Positions 1-13,026 of a DNA stretch of 64,000 bases are shown in pieces. The notes beneath the pieces are model-generated. The model worked only from the letters and a program-made list of their open reading frames with translations, was not told the DNA's origin and made no database searches. The stretch's first letter is position 1, and every line of letters begins with the position of its first letter. The position numbers and the translations under genes were made by a program. The stretch is from Octopus sinensis (Eukaryota), in the NCBI RefSeq assembly GCF_006345805.1, contig NC_042999.1, forward strand, positions 37,324,001-37,388,000, read 5' to 3'.

Positions 1-826
1 TTGACTTAAGCCGCTGAAGTTGCTCGCAGTAGATCTCCTTTGTTATCTTTGGTTTGGGTTTAATAATTCAAAGTGGATTAAACCTTTCATATCCCACTAA
101 ACAGGAAGCAACACCTTACGTGAGCGAAGACCTTCTTTAGTGTCTGGGGTGCTGGTGTTTCTCCTTTCCCTATCCACTGTTTTCGGTGATGGACATATTT
201 ATAGAGTACCCATTTCTCGACACCAGTCACTATTCGGGCCCCAAAAGTTCATTCGTGTGAGACGTGACAGCAAAGAAAAGCACACATTCACTCTCTGAGA
301 AACCCATTGATCTAACCTTGCTGACTTTTCAGATGGCACGCAGGTGTCGCGAATGGTTGAAGGACCAAATCCAACTTCTCTGTTAATTCCTCAACAGTTA
401 CAATGGGATTTTGTTCCACCAGGTTTGCAGGACGTCCTCGTCGAGTCCTACATATCTTCTAGCTCGTCTTCTAGGCTGTAGTTTCCGGATCGGAAGTTTT
501 GGAACCACCGTTGACGCTGGCTTACGATTATTGTCCAATCCCCATATACTACATTAACATCCCTCAGACTTTCTGTTGCACTGTTGCCTTTATTGACTCA
601 TAAAGCAAAATATGCCGAATATGCTCCTTTGTCACTTCCATTATAGCTGTTGAAAAAATAACTGTTAAAATCGAACCACACTCTTCAAATCTTGCTCTCA
701 GAATAGAACAAGGTAAAATTACTTCCTGCTTGTATAGCCAGTCGGTGCAGGTAGTTTATTTCATCTCTCTCTGACTTTTAGTTCATGCAATTGAAAAAGC
801 GGCATTATTTATAGGATAACCCAATA
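1..826 (-). mobile_element. Mariner transposon, partial copy (runs off window start)
   Basis: Near-identical to 1355-2183; ends in TIR gaaaaagcggcattatttataggataacccaata. Confidence 0.85.
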
Positions 827-876
827 TCTATAATATAATATAAAACATATATATATAAGCACCCACCCACACACAC

Positions 877-910
<34 letters not shown>

Positions 911-966
911 CACACATATATATATAGATATATATATATATATATATACATATATATACATATATA

Positions 967-2183
967 TATTGGTCATCCCATAAATATGGCGGTTTTTTAT
1001 ACTTTTATCTTTCAAAATTAAGATAAACAGAGTTCTTTTTTAATCTAAAATATACTCTCATTTTCTACAATGCTCTCCCATCTATCTGGTGGACTTACAA
1101 GTTCACTCTTCCAAGATTCACTTGTCCGTGATTAAAAATACTAATCCAGTACTTTTCTGACTTCGTCTACGGAGTTCTTATTTTTTTCGTCCAAATGATT
1201 TTGAAGACTGCGGAATAAATGATAATCAAATGGGGCAATGTCCGGCGAATACGGTGGGAGGGGCATCGTTTCCCATTCGAACTGCTCCAATCTTTGGAAT
1301 GCATGTGGCCGAGCGTTATCCTTGAAACCAAAGATGGTCGTTTTTCCTCTAGCGTTGACTTAAGCCGCTGAAGTTGCTCGCAGTAGATCTCCTTTGTTAT
1401 CTTTGGTTTGGGTTTAATAATTCAAAGTGGATTAAACCTTTCATATCCCACTAAACAGGAAGCAACACCTTACGTGAGCGAAGACCTTCTTTAGTGTCTG
1501 GGGTGCTGGTGTTTCTCCTTTCCCTATCCACTGTTTTCGGTGATGGACATATTTATAGAGTACCCATTTCTCGACACCAGTCACTATTCGGCCCCAAAAA
1601 GGTTCATTCGTGAGACGTGACAGCAAAGAAAAGCACACATTCACTCTCTGAGAAACCCATTGATCTACCTTGCTGACTTTTCAGATGGCACGCAGGTGTC
1701 GATGAATGGTTGAAGGACCAAATCCAAGCTTCTCTGTTAATTCCTCAACAGTTACAATGGGATTTTGTTCCACCAGGGTTTGCAGGACGTCCTCGTCGAG
1801 TCCTACATATCTTCTAGCTCGTCTTCTAGGCTGTAGTTTCCGGATCGGAAGTTTTGGAACCACCGTTGACGCTGGCTTACGATTATTGTCCAATCCCCAT
1901 ATACTACATTAACATCCCTCAGACTTTCTGTTGCACTGTTGCCTTTATTGAACTCATAAAGCAAAATATGCCGAATATGCTCCTTTGTCACTTCCATTAT
2001 AGCTGTTGAAAAAATAACTGTTAAAATCGAACCACACTCTTCAAATCTTGCTCTCAGAATAGGAACAAGGTAAAATTACTTCCTGCTTGTATAGCAAGTC
2101 GGTGCAGGTAGTTTATTTCATCTCTCTCTGACTTTTAGTTCATGCAATTGAAAAAGCGGCATTATTTATAGGATAACCCAATA
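967..2183 (-). mobile_element. Full-length degenerate mariner (Mos1/SETMAR-like) element, ~1.2 kb
   Basis: Imperfect TIRs tattggtcatcccataaatatggcggttttt / aaaaagcggcattatttataggataacccaata next to TA; frameshifted transposase MEVTKEHIRHILLYEFNKG...RWFQNFRSG and RIVTGVEKWVLY (consensus RIVTGDEKW). Confidence 0.9.
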
Positions 2184-2544
2184 TCTATATATATATATAA
2201 AACATATATATATAAGCACCCACCCACACACACACATATATATATATACATATACACACACATATATATACACACATACACCACACATATATATACACAC
2301 ATACACACACACATATATGCATATATATACATATATGTACATATTAGTATGTTTGTATATGCGTATATATATATATTTTCATATAAGTATGAATGTATAT
2401 GTGCATATATATATGCATATAAATATGTATGTATATATGGGTATATGTATGCATGTATATATAAATATAAATATATATATATATTTGCGTATATCTGTAT
2501 ATACATATGTGTATATATATATATATATATCATGAGAGATAGAC

Positions 2545-2597
<53 letters not shown>

Positions 2598-2771
2598 ACA
2601 GAAGCATATATCTTAAGGTTTTATTTTAAAAACCTTTTGCAGAAAAACGTTAAATACCCCAATGATTTCTTCCGAAAAATCTTTTCTACATTTTTGTATT
2701 TCTATTTTGAACCTCTTTATACTTTGATACTTTGATCATGTGGAATCATATTAACTTTAACTTGAACCTAG

Positions 2772-2840
2772 GAAGATCGACTGGGAGTCATCGGATCAGA
2801 AGAAGCTGAAAAGATCAAACAACTTTTGAGCAGATGGCAT
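2772..2840 (+). CDS. Calpain/PEF-domain gene, 69-nt exon (EF2 region)
   Basis: ctag|GAA...CAT|gtaaga; phase 0/0; EDRLGVIGSEEAEKIKQLLSRWH aligns with the 69-nt classical-calpain exon ([23 protein letters not shown] type). Confidence 0.8.
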
Positions 2841-3630
2841 GTAAGATGGTTTTTTTTTTATTTTCATCTTCATTTTTTTTTTATAATTTGCAGCTTGATT
2901 TCAGAGAGAAATCATCGTATTGCAGACGTTTTGAGACTAAGTAGAATAAAGCAGGAAACAAAGAACTACTGGAATATCTTTAATATGGCGATTTGGTTTG
3001 AATGCTTGTAACAGTGTATGTTCTTCTTACGACACGTATGTTGCCAGGTGACAGGGTTAAACCGGATGACGGATTAAGTCTGATGCTTTTCTATAGAAGT
3101 AAAAACAATAAAATAAAAATATGAAAAAAGCAAAACGAAACGCAAACATTTTGAAGAATCTGGTTGTAGTATATATCGGCAAAATTTATTTAGTGGCGCA
3201 AAATTGATATGTGATATGGAAACGAAATATCACAATTTCAGAGCTGATCTTATCTGAGATAGATAGATAGACAGGTAGATAGACAAATAGACAGACAGAT
3301 AGATAAAAGGAAGGTGAGAGAAGAAGAAATTATAGAAAAGCCGTTGAGAGGCGAGACACTAACGCATCGGTCAACCCACCGAAAGTTGGGCAGCTCATAT
3401 AGTTTGTCTATTTTCAAAGACGAAGTCTCAAATAGCCGAGTCCTGTCCCTTGGATATTGCAGGTATGTATGGTTCACTTTTTTTAGGAAGACAGGGTAGC
3501 TTATATTATCTCGGTTTAAGAACCATTGCCTTCTGAGACATTAATCTGAATACTACTGAACTCACAAGTATTTAGGGTTAATCACCACGTCGTTGTTGTA
3601 GTACTTTTGTCCAAGATAAATTTTGATTGA

Positions 3631-4034
3631 GCAGGAGTGGCTGTGTGGTAAGTAGCTTGCTAACCAACCACATGGTTCCGGGTTCAGTCCCACTGCGTGG
3701 CATCTTGGGCAAGTGTCTTCTGCTATAGCCCCGGGCCGACCAATGCCTTGTGAGTGGATTTGGTAGACGGAAACTGAAAGAAGCCTGTCGTATATATGTA
3801 TATATATATAAGTGTGTGTGTATATGTTTGTGTGTCTGTGTTTGTCCCCCTAGCATTGCTTGACAACCGATGCTGGTGTGTTTACGTCCCAGTCACCTAG
3901 CGGTTCGGCAAAAGAGACCGATAAAATAAGTACTGGGCTTACAAAGAATAAGTCCCGGGGTCGATTTGCTCGACTAAAGGCGGTGCTCCAGCATGGCCGC
4001 AGTCAAATGACTGAAACAAGTAAAGAGTAAAGAG
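3631..4034 (+). mobile_element. tRNA-derived SINE, family A (internal TA/CA microsatellite)
   Basis: A-box-like TGGCTGTGTGG and B-box-like GGTTCAGTCC head; tail gactgaaacaagtaaagag; recurs at 10833-11625 and 56864-57320. Confidence 0.85.
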
Positions 4035-4611
4035 ATATCCTTAATTATAAGCATTTCAGCCATGACGAACCCATATTTTTTTCGGGTTCGTGGTTATTTC
4101 TCTAGAGCTGCATCATATAATATACGCCCTGTCTTCTTTAATAAAGACAAAGTTTGATATAAGGGAGATTGGACTGTTATTTCTAGGTCAAGCGATCGTA
4201 TTGTTACTTCAACGTCAGCCCGTCATTACCTAATATTATTTTTCAGTAAAGATATATATATATATATTGTTTCATAGTTTTTTATAGTCTTTTCCATATC
4301 ATTTCGCATGCTTTCAATTAATGCGACATCGAAATCACGCGTAAACGGTTTTTTTCCCCGGAAAAGGTAACATTTGGCTGCTATTTCTTGCACGCACTGC
4401 TACCACGTAACAGGTATTTCGGGTCCTTTATCGCAAATATCTAGAAATAGTAGCGAAATCTTTGGAGCTGAGATACGTTGAATGCACTCGAAAAAATTTT
4501 TGTAATGGTATTCCCCTGGGGCAATCTTTCGCTTTGACTCTCAGAACTGTCGCTTGACTCTCAGAACCGTCATCCAGATCAGCTGGTTTTGTTCGTTAAT
4601 TTCCGTATAAT

Positions 4612-5260
4612 CTTTTATTTATTTACTTTTGTTTTAAAGTGAAAGAGATAAGAAAGTGAAGGATGTATGAAAGTGTATATGAAATGGACGTGTGTGTGAG
4701 AGAGAGAGAGAGAGTGCCTCTTACACCTACAATAGAACACGCACGTTCACTCACTCATCACTCTCTCTCTCGCTCTCTGTCTCTGTCTCTTTCACACACA
4801 CACACACACACACACAGACACACACACATGCACACGTACATACAAAACGTGTGTGTGTGTGTGTGCTGTTTACTTAGACGCAGAAAATGAATTGAGCTCA
4901 AATGCTGGGATTTCATTGGTTAAAATTCGAAGAATTAAACTACGTTAAACTTACAAATTACAATTTTGTTTTCAATTTTGTTTACAATAATGTTTTCTTT
5001 TGACACATTCTACCAGTATACGAAGTTTCAAATTGTTTAGTTAACTAGAAAATTCCGTCCATCAAAAAGAAAAGATCCTACAAAACGATGTACGCATATG
5101 TATTGATGTATATACGTATACGTGACAACACACTCCTTCACCCGCTCACTTTTTCTCTCCTCTCTCTCTTCCCCTCTCTTTCTCTTTCATACATACACGT
5201 CCATTTCATATACACGTATATGCATCTTTCACTTTAAAGCAAAAGTAAATAAATAAAAAC
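4612..5260. mobile_element. MITE-like element with ~100-bp imperfect terminal inverted repeats
   Basis: ttttatttatttacttttgttttaaagtgaaag...gaaatggacgtgt mirrored by acacgtccatttc...ctttcactttaaagcaaaagtaaataaataaaa. Confidence 0.55.
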
Positions 5261-5741
5261 TTTTTACGAAAATTAACGACTTGAAAATAGTTAAAAAAGC
5301 ATCAAAATATTGTCTGTTTAAAGAAAGCTAAAATATAAATATTTACTGTACAAACAACTTACATTTTTGAAATCACATTCAGTTAAAAATATTTCTAAAT
5401 GATTAAAATATTGTGTATGTCAAAAAGTCGACTTTTTTCCTTAGAGAGCACAAAGGCTATGTGTGTGTATATGTCACAGATAGCGGACGTGTGTTTGTGT
5501 TGATTGACAATCTATGACATTCATTATATGTGTGTATATTCTGTGCGTGTATGTGTGTTGACGTCACGAGTCAATAAATAGAGGTCCAAATGTCACAAAC
5601 ATTTGTACTGCACTGCCGGAGGTAAGTATGAAAATAAATATACAAGAAAAATTAAGATGAAATATACCATTTCTGAGATATTTCGCGTACACACAAACAT
5701 CCCTAGAATTTTAGTATTATTAAGATATGAAGATTTTCATT

Positions 5742-5779
5742 AGTTTCTGATGAAGGTTAGTTCACCGAAACGTTAGACT
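5742..5779 (+). ncRNA. Minimal type I hammerhead ribozyme fold
   Basis: AGTTT-CTGATGA-AGGT(tagttc)ACC-GAAA-CGTT-AGACT: stem I AGUUU/AGACU, palindromic AACGTT helix III, GUU triplet. Confidence 0.6.
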
Positions 5780-6982
5780 GTTTTCCTTCACAATAAATCA
5801 GTTTACTCAATTTTGGAAATATTTATGTGCGAAAAATTACTTGGTTTATATTTCGAAGAAATCTATTAAATACTTGAGCTGCATTCCTCCTGTGGGGTAT
5901 CGGGAAGAGAAAAGAGATAACCTTAGTTCATCGAAATAAATCGGATCAATCAACCATTAATGAATATTATTCATTGTAAAAGTCAACCAAACTGTTCTGT
6001 TATTCACACTGGCGTACTGACCGATACACAGTATTGCTGTTGATAAAGATGACAGTGCTTAATCCGGATTAATACTATTTGGGAAGACCAGTGACTCGAC
6101 TGACTCACCTTTTTTCACTCATAGTATTGTTTGTGACTACATTACCTAATATATCATTCCCTTTTTAAGATTGCCAAGAACGGTTTGAGGGAAATTTAGC
6201 TTCTATTTCTGGCATATCAAGCGACCACATATAGGCCTAACCGCTAAGCCACGTGCCTTCTTTCTGAATTTTACGTTCGGCATTTTCTTAGATGCTGCTT
6301 AGAATATGCATATGCGTCGGAGAACCATCATAGATCTGTGGTTGTGTATACGCAAGTCCAGAATAGTCAAGCTTGCTTCTTATTTTGGGTTAATAGTTGT
6401 TGAGAGTCTTTTGAATATATTTGCAATTTAGTCTTCTTGGTTTTCCACGTAAGACATATGTCGAGACGCAGCTGGCAGTTGGTTCGAGAATATTAATGAA
6501 TACCTCAGAATGAAAGCTTTTCAGTAAGTTAAGTGGATACCGTCCAAAATATGAGGTTGTGTAGTAGACATTCTTGTCTTAAACATAATAGTAACCTTAT
6601 AGAAAATTTAAAAAATATATTGTAAAGTATAGAAGCCATCTTATCATGGCTAACCACATTGGGGAGGGGGTGTTACTGTAGCTTTATAGCCCCAAGAGAT
6701 CTTCGTCTCTAGCTGGCTCTAGACACAATATCAGTGTCCTTGGAGTATTTGCAAAGGGAGGCCATCCCTTCCTCGCAAGCCTGAGTGATACGCTCGAACT
6801 AGTTTCGGGATTGTTGTCCCTCGTCAACGGGCGGTAACCACCAGGTCGCGATGAAAGTGAAGGCCTCTTTGTAAACATATATAAGTTTTTCTAATGGCGT
6901 CTGCCACTGATGTCGAAAAACGAACAGTAAGCATAAAAAATATATATAATTTTTGTTAATACTTTTGCCTCTTGGTTTTCAG

Positions 6983-7061
6983 GCGGAATTTCAAAGCCGT
7001 GTCAAAGATGGTTCCAACAAGGCAGATGTCAAAGGGCTGAAACGAATGTATTCAGTTTTAG
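6983..7061 (+). CDS. Calpain/PEF-domain gene, 79-nt exon (EF3 region)
   Basis: ttttcag|GCG...TTAG|gtaatg; phase 0/1; AEFQSRVKDGSNKADVKGLKRMYSVL(G); 79 nt is the conserved calpain exon size at this position. Confidence 0.85.
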
Positions 7062-7375
7062 GTAATGATAACATTTTTTTGGAAAAGTTACTGATCTCTC
7101 ACGGTCTCAGAGACCTACCACTAAGATACAAGGGTTTCTATAGATGAAGACAAAGATATTTTGATGAGTAGGATTAACCGCAATGCCTACAACAATAACC
7201 ATTGCAACAAAAACTACTACAACATACACCACTCCAACCAGCATGATACATAAGCTAAATACCAGAACCATAATTTTCATTTCTGAGAGACACATCACCT
7301 CAAATTAGGGGATGGCATAATCGATTATATTGACCTTACTACATAACTTTATTCTTCCTTTTACTATCCTACTAT

Positions 7376-7830
7376 AAAAACTTCGGATCTTTTCGGTCTG
7401 ACTGGCAGTTTTTAAAAATAATTTCCACGTAACTAAACACTTTTAAACTTCGTATACTGGTAGAATGTGTTTATAAAACATCTTTTTCTCTTGGCTTTAT
7501 TGAGAATATTCTATAGTTTGTAAGATATTTGTTTTTTTTTCTTCAATTTCTGCAATTTCAAACAATCAATGACGTCTATTGAGGTGAAAACATTCTGTGC
7601 CGTATGAATATGTCCCTCGTTTAAGAAACAGATTGGGTTTATTTGCATTTCTGAAGAAAAAAAGATAACTTTCCTCCCACTCCTAACCCTAACTAACCCT
7701 AACTCTAACCCTAACCCTAAAACAGATTGGAATGTAATAGATTGATACTAGGGTCATAATTATGGGTGAAAATTTCATATGACACCGCTAGAAAAAACTG
7801 CCGTTCAAACCGAAAAGATCCAAAACTTCT
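7376..7830. mobile_element. MITE with ~40-bp TIRs and internal (CCCTAA)-like repeats
   Basis: ggatcttttcggtctgactggcagttttt / aaaaaactgccgttcaaaccgaaaagatcc; taaccctaa units at ~7683-7720. Confidence 0.65.
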
Positions 7831-8014
7831 TTCCATCCATCCATCCATCCACTAATTAACAAATGCATATGTATGCATATATTATCGAAGATAGAGTGAC
7901 AAACGTAGAAGTGTTCACTTGCGGTATTCGTTGTGGCTTTTATATATCCTAGGTTCACATCACGAAGAGGTCATCTGTGCCTTCTTTTTTACATTCCTGG
8001 GTTGATAATGTGAG

Positions 8015-8047
<33 letters not shown>

Positions 8048-8161
8048 TTAAAATCACATGGTTCGGGGTTCAGTCCCATTGCGTGGAACCTTGAGCAAGT
8101 GTCTTCTACTATAGTCTCGGGCCGACCAAAACCTTGTGAGTGGATTTGGTACACGGAAGCC

Positions 8162-8204
<43 letters not shown>

Positions 8205-8475
8205 ATATAATATATATATATATATTATATATATATATGTATATATATGTGTGTGTGTTTGTGCTTGCGTCTTTGTGTCTGTGTTTGCACACCTAACTTA
8301 GTGGTTCGACCAAAGACACCGATAAAATAAGCACAATGCTTTAAAAGTCCCTCAAGGGAGTGCCCCACCATGACCACAGTCTAATGTCTGAAACAAGATA
8401 AAATATAAAATGATGTGTGTGTATGCATGTATATATGTATGTATGTATACGTAATATTTCACCTTTATGTTTCAG

Positions 8476-8592
8476 GTGTTGATATTGGTCGTAAAGTAAT
8501 TGAAGCTGTTACCACGCGGTATGCAGATAAAGATAACAAAATTTCCTTTGATGATTTTGTACAAAGCGCTGCTAAACTTTTGAATTCTTATT
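8476..8592 (+). CDS. Calpain/PEF-domain gene, 117-nt exon (EF4 region)
   Basis: tttcag|GT...TATT|gtaagt; phase 1/1; GVDIGRKVIEAVTTRYADKDNKISFDDFVQSAAKLLNSY matches the PEF motif RY..D..I.FD.F; 117 nt conserved size. Confidence 0.92.
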
Positions 8593-9978
8593 GTAAGTAT
8601 ATCGTTAACCATTTTTCACGTTTGCTTCTGTCAATATTGAACTCATTTTCGTCATTCATATTCCTTTACTTCTTTACTTAAACATATTTTTTCTTTCATA
8701 CCTTGTTCCAATTATTAATTAATTTTTAAACAAATATAAAATGTTTACAATATGTTAATGAGATTTCCTAAGTTTCTGTTTATATCCAAAATACTAAAAA
8801 AAAAAATTGAAAAATGGATCTTCGTCGGTTTCGAAGATGAGTATTCAGTTGTACTCAACCATTTTCTACCTATGGATCCCTTTGATTCCTATTTTACTCG
8901 GGTGGATCTTCATAGCCATTCGATGTTTAAAGAAATCCTATTGTATTTTAATAATGAAATATTATTAGGAATCCTATAAATATATCATTAAAATATTTTA
9001 CATATTGCACAAGTACAAACAGTTTATTGCACATAAACATCTTATGGAAATATGTATGTTCATTAATAAAATAAGTCATCTATTATATAAAATCCATTCT
9101 GTCTGTGTGTGTGTCTTCTAGGATCTCGGGCATCCTCCATCCGATTGCGCCCAAATTTGATATGTAGATACCGACGGTATCAGGGCATGTATAAGTCTTG
9201 AAAAAATTACAAAAATCGATTCCAGGTGAGAATGCGATTGATAAAGCCGTGGGAACGTGCATTTGTACGCGCAAGTACATGAGCTGTTGCAATCGATACT
9301 ACGTGTACGCGAGAAAAATGCACGTGCAGTTTGCGCAAAGATAGCTGGCTGGTTTGAAATAATGCCACAAAATGCAGTATATTTAAGAGACCAAAAAAGT
9401 AATATGCAAGAGAGATATTTCCTTCAAACTTGGCATGAAGGAAGGAAAGACTGTTTGGTTTCTCAAGAAGTTTTTTTTTGCCTTAACTTCGTTTAACAAA
9501 ACCAAAAACTTTATTGAAATAAAGGCATGCTTAAGTATTTTTTAATGAAAAGAAAACACTGATTACTTTTTATACAGCAGATCTGATTCAGCACCGTCCA
9601 TTGGACGGGGGATGTTTTGCTCGTAAATATACAAGAACTTTTTTATTAACAAAAAGAAAAATACTACTTTTTGGCTATTTAATTCAATGCGAACTTTATA
9701 ATATTCGACTCCAACGTAGTCAACAGTTTTGTACTGTGTTGAGTCGGTTACGCAATTTTGATAGTAAGTTAGTAATACGGCTGAAACTCGATTTAGCACG
9801 GTAAGATGAATAAAACGCAATAACATACAAATTCGCTTTTTCCGATATTAGTGGATATGTTTTAGAATATTTCATTAGATATCTCTTCAGCAAATAGATA
9901 TCTATCTACATCAGCAATCTGAACTTCAAAAAGAAGTGTTACCCATAGTGGTATATTTAGGTTGAGCACTATTTACTT

Positions 9979-10313
9979 GAAGGCGCATGGCTCAGTGGTT
10001 TAGAGCATCGGGCTCACAATCATGAGTTCGATTCACGGACCGGACTGCGTGTTGTGTTCTTGAGCAAGACACTTTATTTCACCTTGCTCCAGTTCACTCA
10101 GCTGTAGAAATGAGTTCCAGTGTCACTGGTGCCAAGCTGTGTCGGCCTTTGCCGTTTCCTTGGATAACATTGGTGGTGTGGAGAGGGGGAGGCTGGTATG
10201 CATGAGCGACTGCTGGTCTTCCATAAACTATCTTGCTCGGACTTGTGCCTCGACGAGAACTTTCTAGGTACAATCCCATGGCCATTCATGACCGAAAGGG
10301 GTCTTTACCCTTT
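9979..10313 (+). mobile_element. tRNA-derived SINE, family B
   Basis: Head ggcgcatggctcagtggtttagagc...gagttcgattc; inverse copy at 17031-17369. Confidence 0.8.
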
Positions 10314-10378
10314 TAATATTTACTTACACAAATAAAGACATAAATTAGAGTTTTCTCACTTCTATGTTGAACTATGGT

Positions 10379-10665
10379 GAAGGCACATGTCCTAGTAGTT
10401 AGAGCAGCGGACTCGCGGGTTCGAATCTCAGACCGGGCGATGTGTGTGTTTATGAGCGAAACACCTAAGCTCCACGCGGCTCCGGCAGAAGGTAATGGCG
10501 AACTTCTGCTGACTCTTTCGCCACAACTTTCTCTCACTCTTTCCTCCTGCATCTTGCAGCTCACCTGCGAAGGACCGGCGTCCCGTCCAGGTGGGGAACC
10601 TATACGCCAAGGAAACCGGGAAACTGGCCCTTATGAGCCAGGCGTGGCTCGAGAAGGAACAAACA
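10379..10665 (+). mobile_element. tRNA-derived SINE, family C
   Basis: Head ggcacatgtcctagtagttagagcagcggactc...ggttcgaatctc; head also at ~30450-30555. Confidence 0.75.
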
Positions 10666-10832
10666 TGTTGAACCATGTTAAGAGTTAGAGAAAGAAACCT
10701 ACTTCTTTGTTGTAATAGGTAAATCTAAAGCAACATTTCGTCATAAACCCCTAAAATATTACCGCATACGCCCAAATTATTATTTAGCTTGCATGAGTCC
10801 CGCAAAATCATATATGGAATTCCAAGGGTCAT

Positions 10833-11055
10833 ACTCTTTACTCTTTTACTCTTTTACTTGTTTCAGTCATTTGACTGCAGCCATGCTGGAGCACCGCCTT
10901 TAGTCGAGCAAATCGACAAATCGACCCCGGGATTTATTCTTTGTAAGCCCAGTACTTATTCTATCGGTCTCTTTTGCCGAACCGCTAAGTGACGGGGACG
11001 TAAACACACAAGCATCGGTTGTCAAGCAATGCTAGGGACACACAAACACACACAC

Positions 11056-11103
<48 letters not shown>

Positions 11104-11398
11104 TATATATACAACAGCAAAATCAAGGAACGGCCATAATAGGCCATTCATCCACTAGAAATAACAGCCAAGGCTTCAACCGCAAAACAACATTAATTCC
11201 GTAATTACGGAATTACGGAATTAATGTTGTTTTGCGGTTGAAGCCTTGGCTGTTATTTCTAGTGGGTGAATGGCCTATTATGGCCGTTCCTTGATTTTGC
11301 TGTTGAATTTATAAATGGTCTTTGACTATTTAATTTTTTCCCACTAGGCCGCTGGTGGCAAAAAAATTCTGCGAAATTTTTTGCCACCCTATATTGAT

Positions 11399-11460
<62 letters not shown>

Positions 11461-11625
11461 TACGACAGGCTTCTTTCAGTTTCCGTCTACCAAATCCACT
11501 CACAAGGCATTGGTCGACCCGGAGATATAGCAGAAGACACTTGCCCAAGATGCCACGCAGTGGGACTGAACCCGGAACCATGTGGTTGGTTAGCAAGGTA
11601 CTTACCACACAGCCACTCCTGCGCC
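10833..11625 (-). mobile_element. SINE family A with ~350 bp of extra DNA in its internal TA microsatellite
   Basis: 3' half 10833-11075 and 5' half 11460-11625 are reverse complements of 3631-4034. Confidence 0.8.
11112..11305. repeat. Near-perfect fold-back inverted repeat, ~94-bp arms
   Basis: caacagcaaaatcaagg...attccgtaat / attacggaattaatg...gattttgctgttg; one mismatch. Confidence 0.95.
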
Positions 11626-12815
11626 ATATGGACCCCGGTTGAAAACCAATGCGTTATTCGAGCACCTGAATTCTTTGTTATTCGATCAACTGAGCTATTC
11701 GTTGAACTGGACCCCTTCGATGAATTAGCGTGCAAGTGGCTGACTATTCCACAGACAAGTGTACACTCAACGTAATTCTCAGTCAGACTTAGCGTGATGC
11801 AATATGTGACAAGACTTGACACTTGAATTACTCGCGCAATCCATACAACGATCTTCCGTACCATTCCTTCTTCCTAATTTCAGTCACAACCTTTGGGTCG
11901 AATCGAGGCTATAGCAAAAAGCACTATTCAAGATGCCTAGGTAGAACTGAACCTGGGACTCCGTTACTGCAAAGCAAACTACTTAAACATTCAGCAATGC
12001 TGCGCTCTCAATTTTTCACAATCCTACAAAATGTCGAAAATTTATATCAATATTTCTAGTTGAATTCTAACGAGTTGTTTTTCGTACATTTTTGGATAAA
12101 TCTGAAATATTTTCAGTTCTAAATTTGGACTGTTAAAGCAGAAATATAGAATGTACTTAACTTATTTTCCAAACTCTACGTTAAGTGGTTTTCAAAACCT
12201 GCTTGCTTATAAATTCAAGTGCGCGCTATTATATGTTTATGTATTCGTATAATTTTATATACATGTGTATATATGCGTGTTTGTGTATGTACGTGTGTGT
12301 TTTTTGTGTGTGTGTGGAGGCACATGGCTTTGTGGTTACGGTGTTGGACTGGTGTTCGTCAGAATGTAATTTCAATTGCTGAACCGGGCGATGCTTGTAC
12401 TCTTGAACGAAACACTCCATTTCAAATGCTCCAGTCCACTCAGCTGGCAAAAATGAGTAACCCTGTGACGGTCCAGTGTATCATCTAGGAAGGAATATAT
12501 ACGCCAAAGAACTCTGGAAAGCGGCCGTATGCTTCTTACGGAGTTATGTGACTAATCATGTACATATATGGTGGTAGATTATTGTAAACAAAAAGAAGAA
12601 ATAATGTAAAATGAATTGATGAACAAACAAAGTATTTAGAATGTTACTTTTTGTTGAAAAGAAAAAAGGACACACATGAACGTTCATTTTAAAGGCAGGA
12701 AACGAAACGAAAGGTCACGGTTTCGCTTTGTAGCGAAACTAGAGGTGGTTTTAAGTTTATTTGTAAAGTGTATTTGTAAAGTTAATTGTAAAGTTTAATC
12801 ATAAAGTGTATTTGT

Positions 12816-13026
12816 AAATTAATTGTTATCGCCATATTAATATGGCAGTCTTATAGATATAAGACTAAAGCTGTCGCTGATTAGCTCCATGAGGCCATCG
12901 CCTTAAGCTAGCTATTTGACACACAAACTGTGTCCATTATAACCTTCGAACATGGAGCTAATCAGCGACAGCTTTAGTCTTATATCTATAAGACTGCCAT
13001 ATTAATATGGCGATAACAATTAATTT
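12816..13026. mobile_element. MITE-like element, 76-bp perfect TIRs, inside an AT-rich ttgtaaagtt(t)aa minisatellite
   Basis: Arms 12816-12891 and 12951-13026 are exact reverse complements. Confidence 0.8.

Noticed and set aside
8415-8681. 88-aa ORF as a standalone EF-hand gene
   Set aside because: Only 8476-8592 is bounded by splice sites; the rest is intron
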